Made by a program: the position numbers and the translations under genes
Shown here: positions 62,186-64,000 of the stretch, in pieces
Layout of the letters: every line of letters begins with the position of its first letter
How positions within the stretch are numbered: position 1 is the stretch's first letter
Source of the DNA: Octopus sinensis
Taxonomy: Eukaryota
Reading direction: 5' to 3'
Assembly (NCBI RefSeq): GCF_006345805.1
Contig: NC_042997.1
Coordinates: 88,908,001-88,972,000, forward strand
DNA: 64,000 nt
Notes under the pieces: model-generated
Databases searched by the model: none
Seen by the model: only the letters and a program-made list of their open reading frames with translations
What the model was told of the DNA's origin: nothing

Positions 62186-62373
62186 CAGGAGTGGCTGTGT
62201 GGTAAGTAGCTTGCTTACCAGCCACATGGCTCCGGGTTCAGTTCCACTGCGTGGCACCTTGGGCAAGTGTCTTCTACTATAGCTTTGAGCAGACCAAAGC
62301 CTTGTGAGTGGATTTGGTAGACGGAAACTGAAAGAAGCCCGTATATATATGTATATATATATATATATATGTG

Positions 62374-62425
<52 letters not shown>

Positions 62426-62606
62426 AACATTGCTTGACAACTGATGCTGGTGTGTTTACGTCCCCGTAACTTAGCGGTTCGGCAAAAGAGAACGATAGAA
62501 TAAGTACTAGGCTTACAAAGAATAAGTCCTTGGGTCGATTTGCTCGACTAAAGGCGGTGCTCCAGCATGGCCGCAGTCAAATGACTGAAACAAGTAGAAG
62601 AGTAAA
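62186..62606 (+). mobile_element. SINE family A, full length
   Basis: A-box TGGCTGTGTGG, B-box GGGTTCAGTTCC, core, internal (TA)n(TG)n and tail. Confidence 0.93.
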
Positions 62607-62989
62607 TACTGTTGAATACATGCCTAATAAGTTAGGACTGACCTAAGGCTAAACAACAACAATGTCTAAGCTCATGTGTCAACGAGGTTGCTTTGTGCGT
62701 GATCATTCAGCATCCCTTGAAATAACAATCAGATATTCCGCTCTACAACCTTAAAAAGCGAAGGCTACATGACATAATGTAGTTCTTAATGTGATGTGCC
62801 TGATGCTAAAACTAAAGGATGCAAAAACCGGAATGGTCATGACAAATGCCTTTGATCACAGGTCTGCTACATTAGATCTGACTTGGAACTGAATAACAGT
62901 TACTACTACTACTATTGCTACGTCCGTAAGGAGGGACGAAATATCAGAGGGTATTTTGTTTGGCGTGCTAACGATTCTAACGATGTCTT

Positions 62990-63217
62990 ACAACGTTAAT
63001 ATCGGTTTCAAGTTTTAGCACAAGACCAGCAATTTCGGGAGAGGGGGTAAATCAATTACATCGACCATAGTGTTCAACTGGTATTTATTTTACCGGTCCC
63101 GAAATGATGAAAGGCAAAGTCAATCTCGGTTTAATTTATACTCAGAAGATAAAGACAGACGAAATGCTACTAAGCATTTTGCCTGACATGCCAACAATTC
63201 TGCCAGCTCACCGCCTT
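62990..63217 (-). mobile_element. SINE family B with tail 1
   Basis: Reverse-complement head AAGGCGGTGAGCTGGCAGAATTG and module. Confidence 0.8.
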
Positions 63218-63832
63218 AACATATATTAATATCAACAACACATAAAAACAGACATTATTATAGGCAACTCTTAATACCTAAAACAGACCACAACTAAAGC
63301 AAAGACAGGATGTTCAAACATAGAAAAAACTTTTTACCGCATATCTCCTCTGTTGGGGCATACCTGGGACTAAAGAACAATATAATAATATAAAGAACAT
63401 CTAAAAAAAAAAATCAGGCATTATCATAAGAATTTCCGTAAGCAGACCAACTCAATGAAATGAGGTAGGGGGGATTTTATTGATTTCAATACAAGAGAAA
63501 GCCTTTCTAAGGAAACCAGAATAAAAACTTCATAGTGTATTTTACAATGTTTCTCGCTTAACCTAACATTCAATCTTGGAATTTAAAGGTTCGTTTAACT
63601 TTTCCCTTTCAACTCTCATAAAGTGGAATCATTTCCTTTATTAAAATATTTCAGAACTTCTACAAAACTCATACCTTTGTATTTGCCCACCAATCTTAAT
63701 CCCTACTTGTTGGTCTCACACACACACACACACACATACACACACACACACATACACACACACACACATACACACACACACACACACACATACACACACA
63801 CACGCAGATTCACACACATTATATTCTCTTTT

Positions 63833-64000
63833 ATCTTTTACTTGTTTCTCTCATCGGACTGTGGCCATGCTGGGGCACCGATATGAAGGATGTAGTCAAA
63901 CAAATCATCCTGAGTACTTGTTTTTTCAAGTCTAGTATTTATTATTTCGGTATCTTCAGCAGAACCACTAAGTTACAAGAGGTAAATAGACCAGCATCGA
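63833..64000 (-). mobile_element. SINE family A, 3' half (runs off the window)
   Basis: CTTTTACTTGTTTC...GACTGTGGCCATGCTGGGGCACC. Confidence 0.7.

Overview
AT-rich eukaryotic non-coding DNA saturated with microsatellites, tRNA-derived SINEs and decayed transposons. The repeat landscape looks like an octopus/coleoid cephalopod genome (inference). Nearly all ORFs in the supplied track are microsatellite translations. Only one host coding exon is recognisable: the terminal exon of a group III secreted phospholipase A2 on the minus strand (3132-3330). I could not find its catalytic exon in the window. Mobile elements: RTE-BovB, Tx1/L1, R4/Dong-type RLE LINEs, Penelope-like elements (PLEs), Tc1, mariner, maT, non-autonomous Helitrons, MITEs and at least three SINE families. 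The three best leads are: (1) long near-perfect palindromes that carry a hammerhead-ribozyme motif in each arm (17636-17950 with a complete core; 82-924 with a U3-A8 variant); (2) an RLE LINE family with about six fragments, most of them joined to (TACA)n microsatellites, suggesting a microsatellite-targeting retrotransposon; (3) a SINE family with two alternative tails, one matching the 3' end of a Tx1-associated segment in the same window. There is also a pre-miRNA-sized hairpin at 45936-46010. All alignments, translations and folds were done by eye. Coordinates of degraded repeats are approximate.
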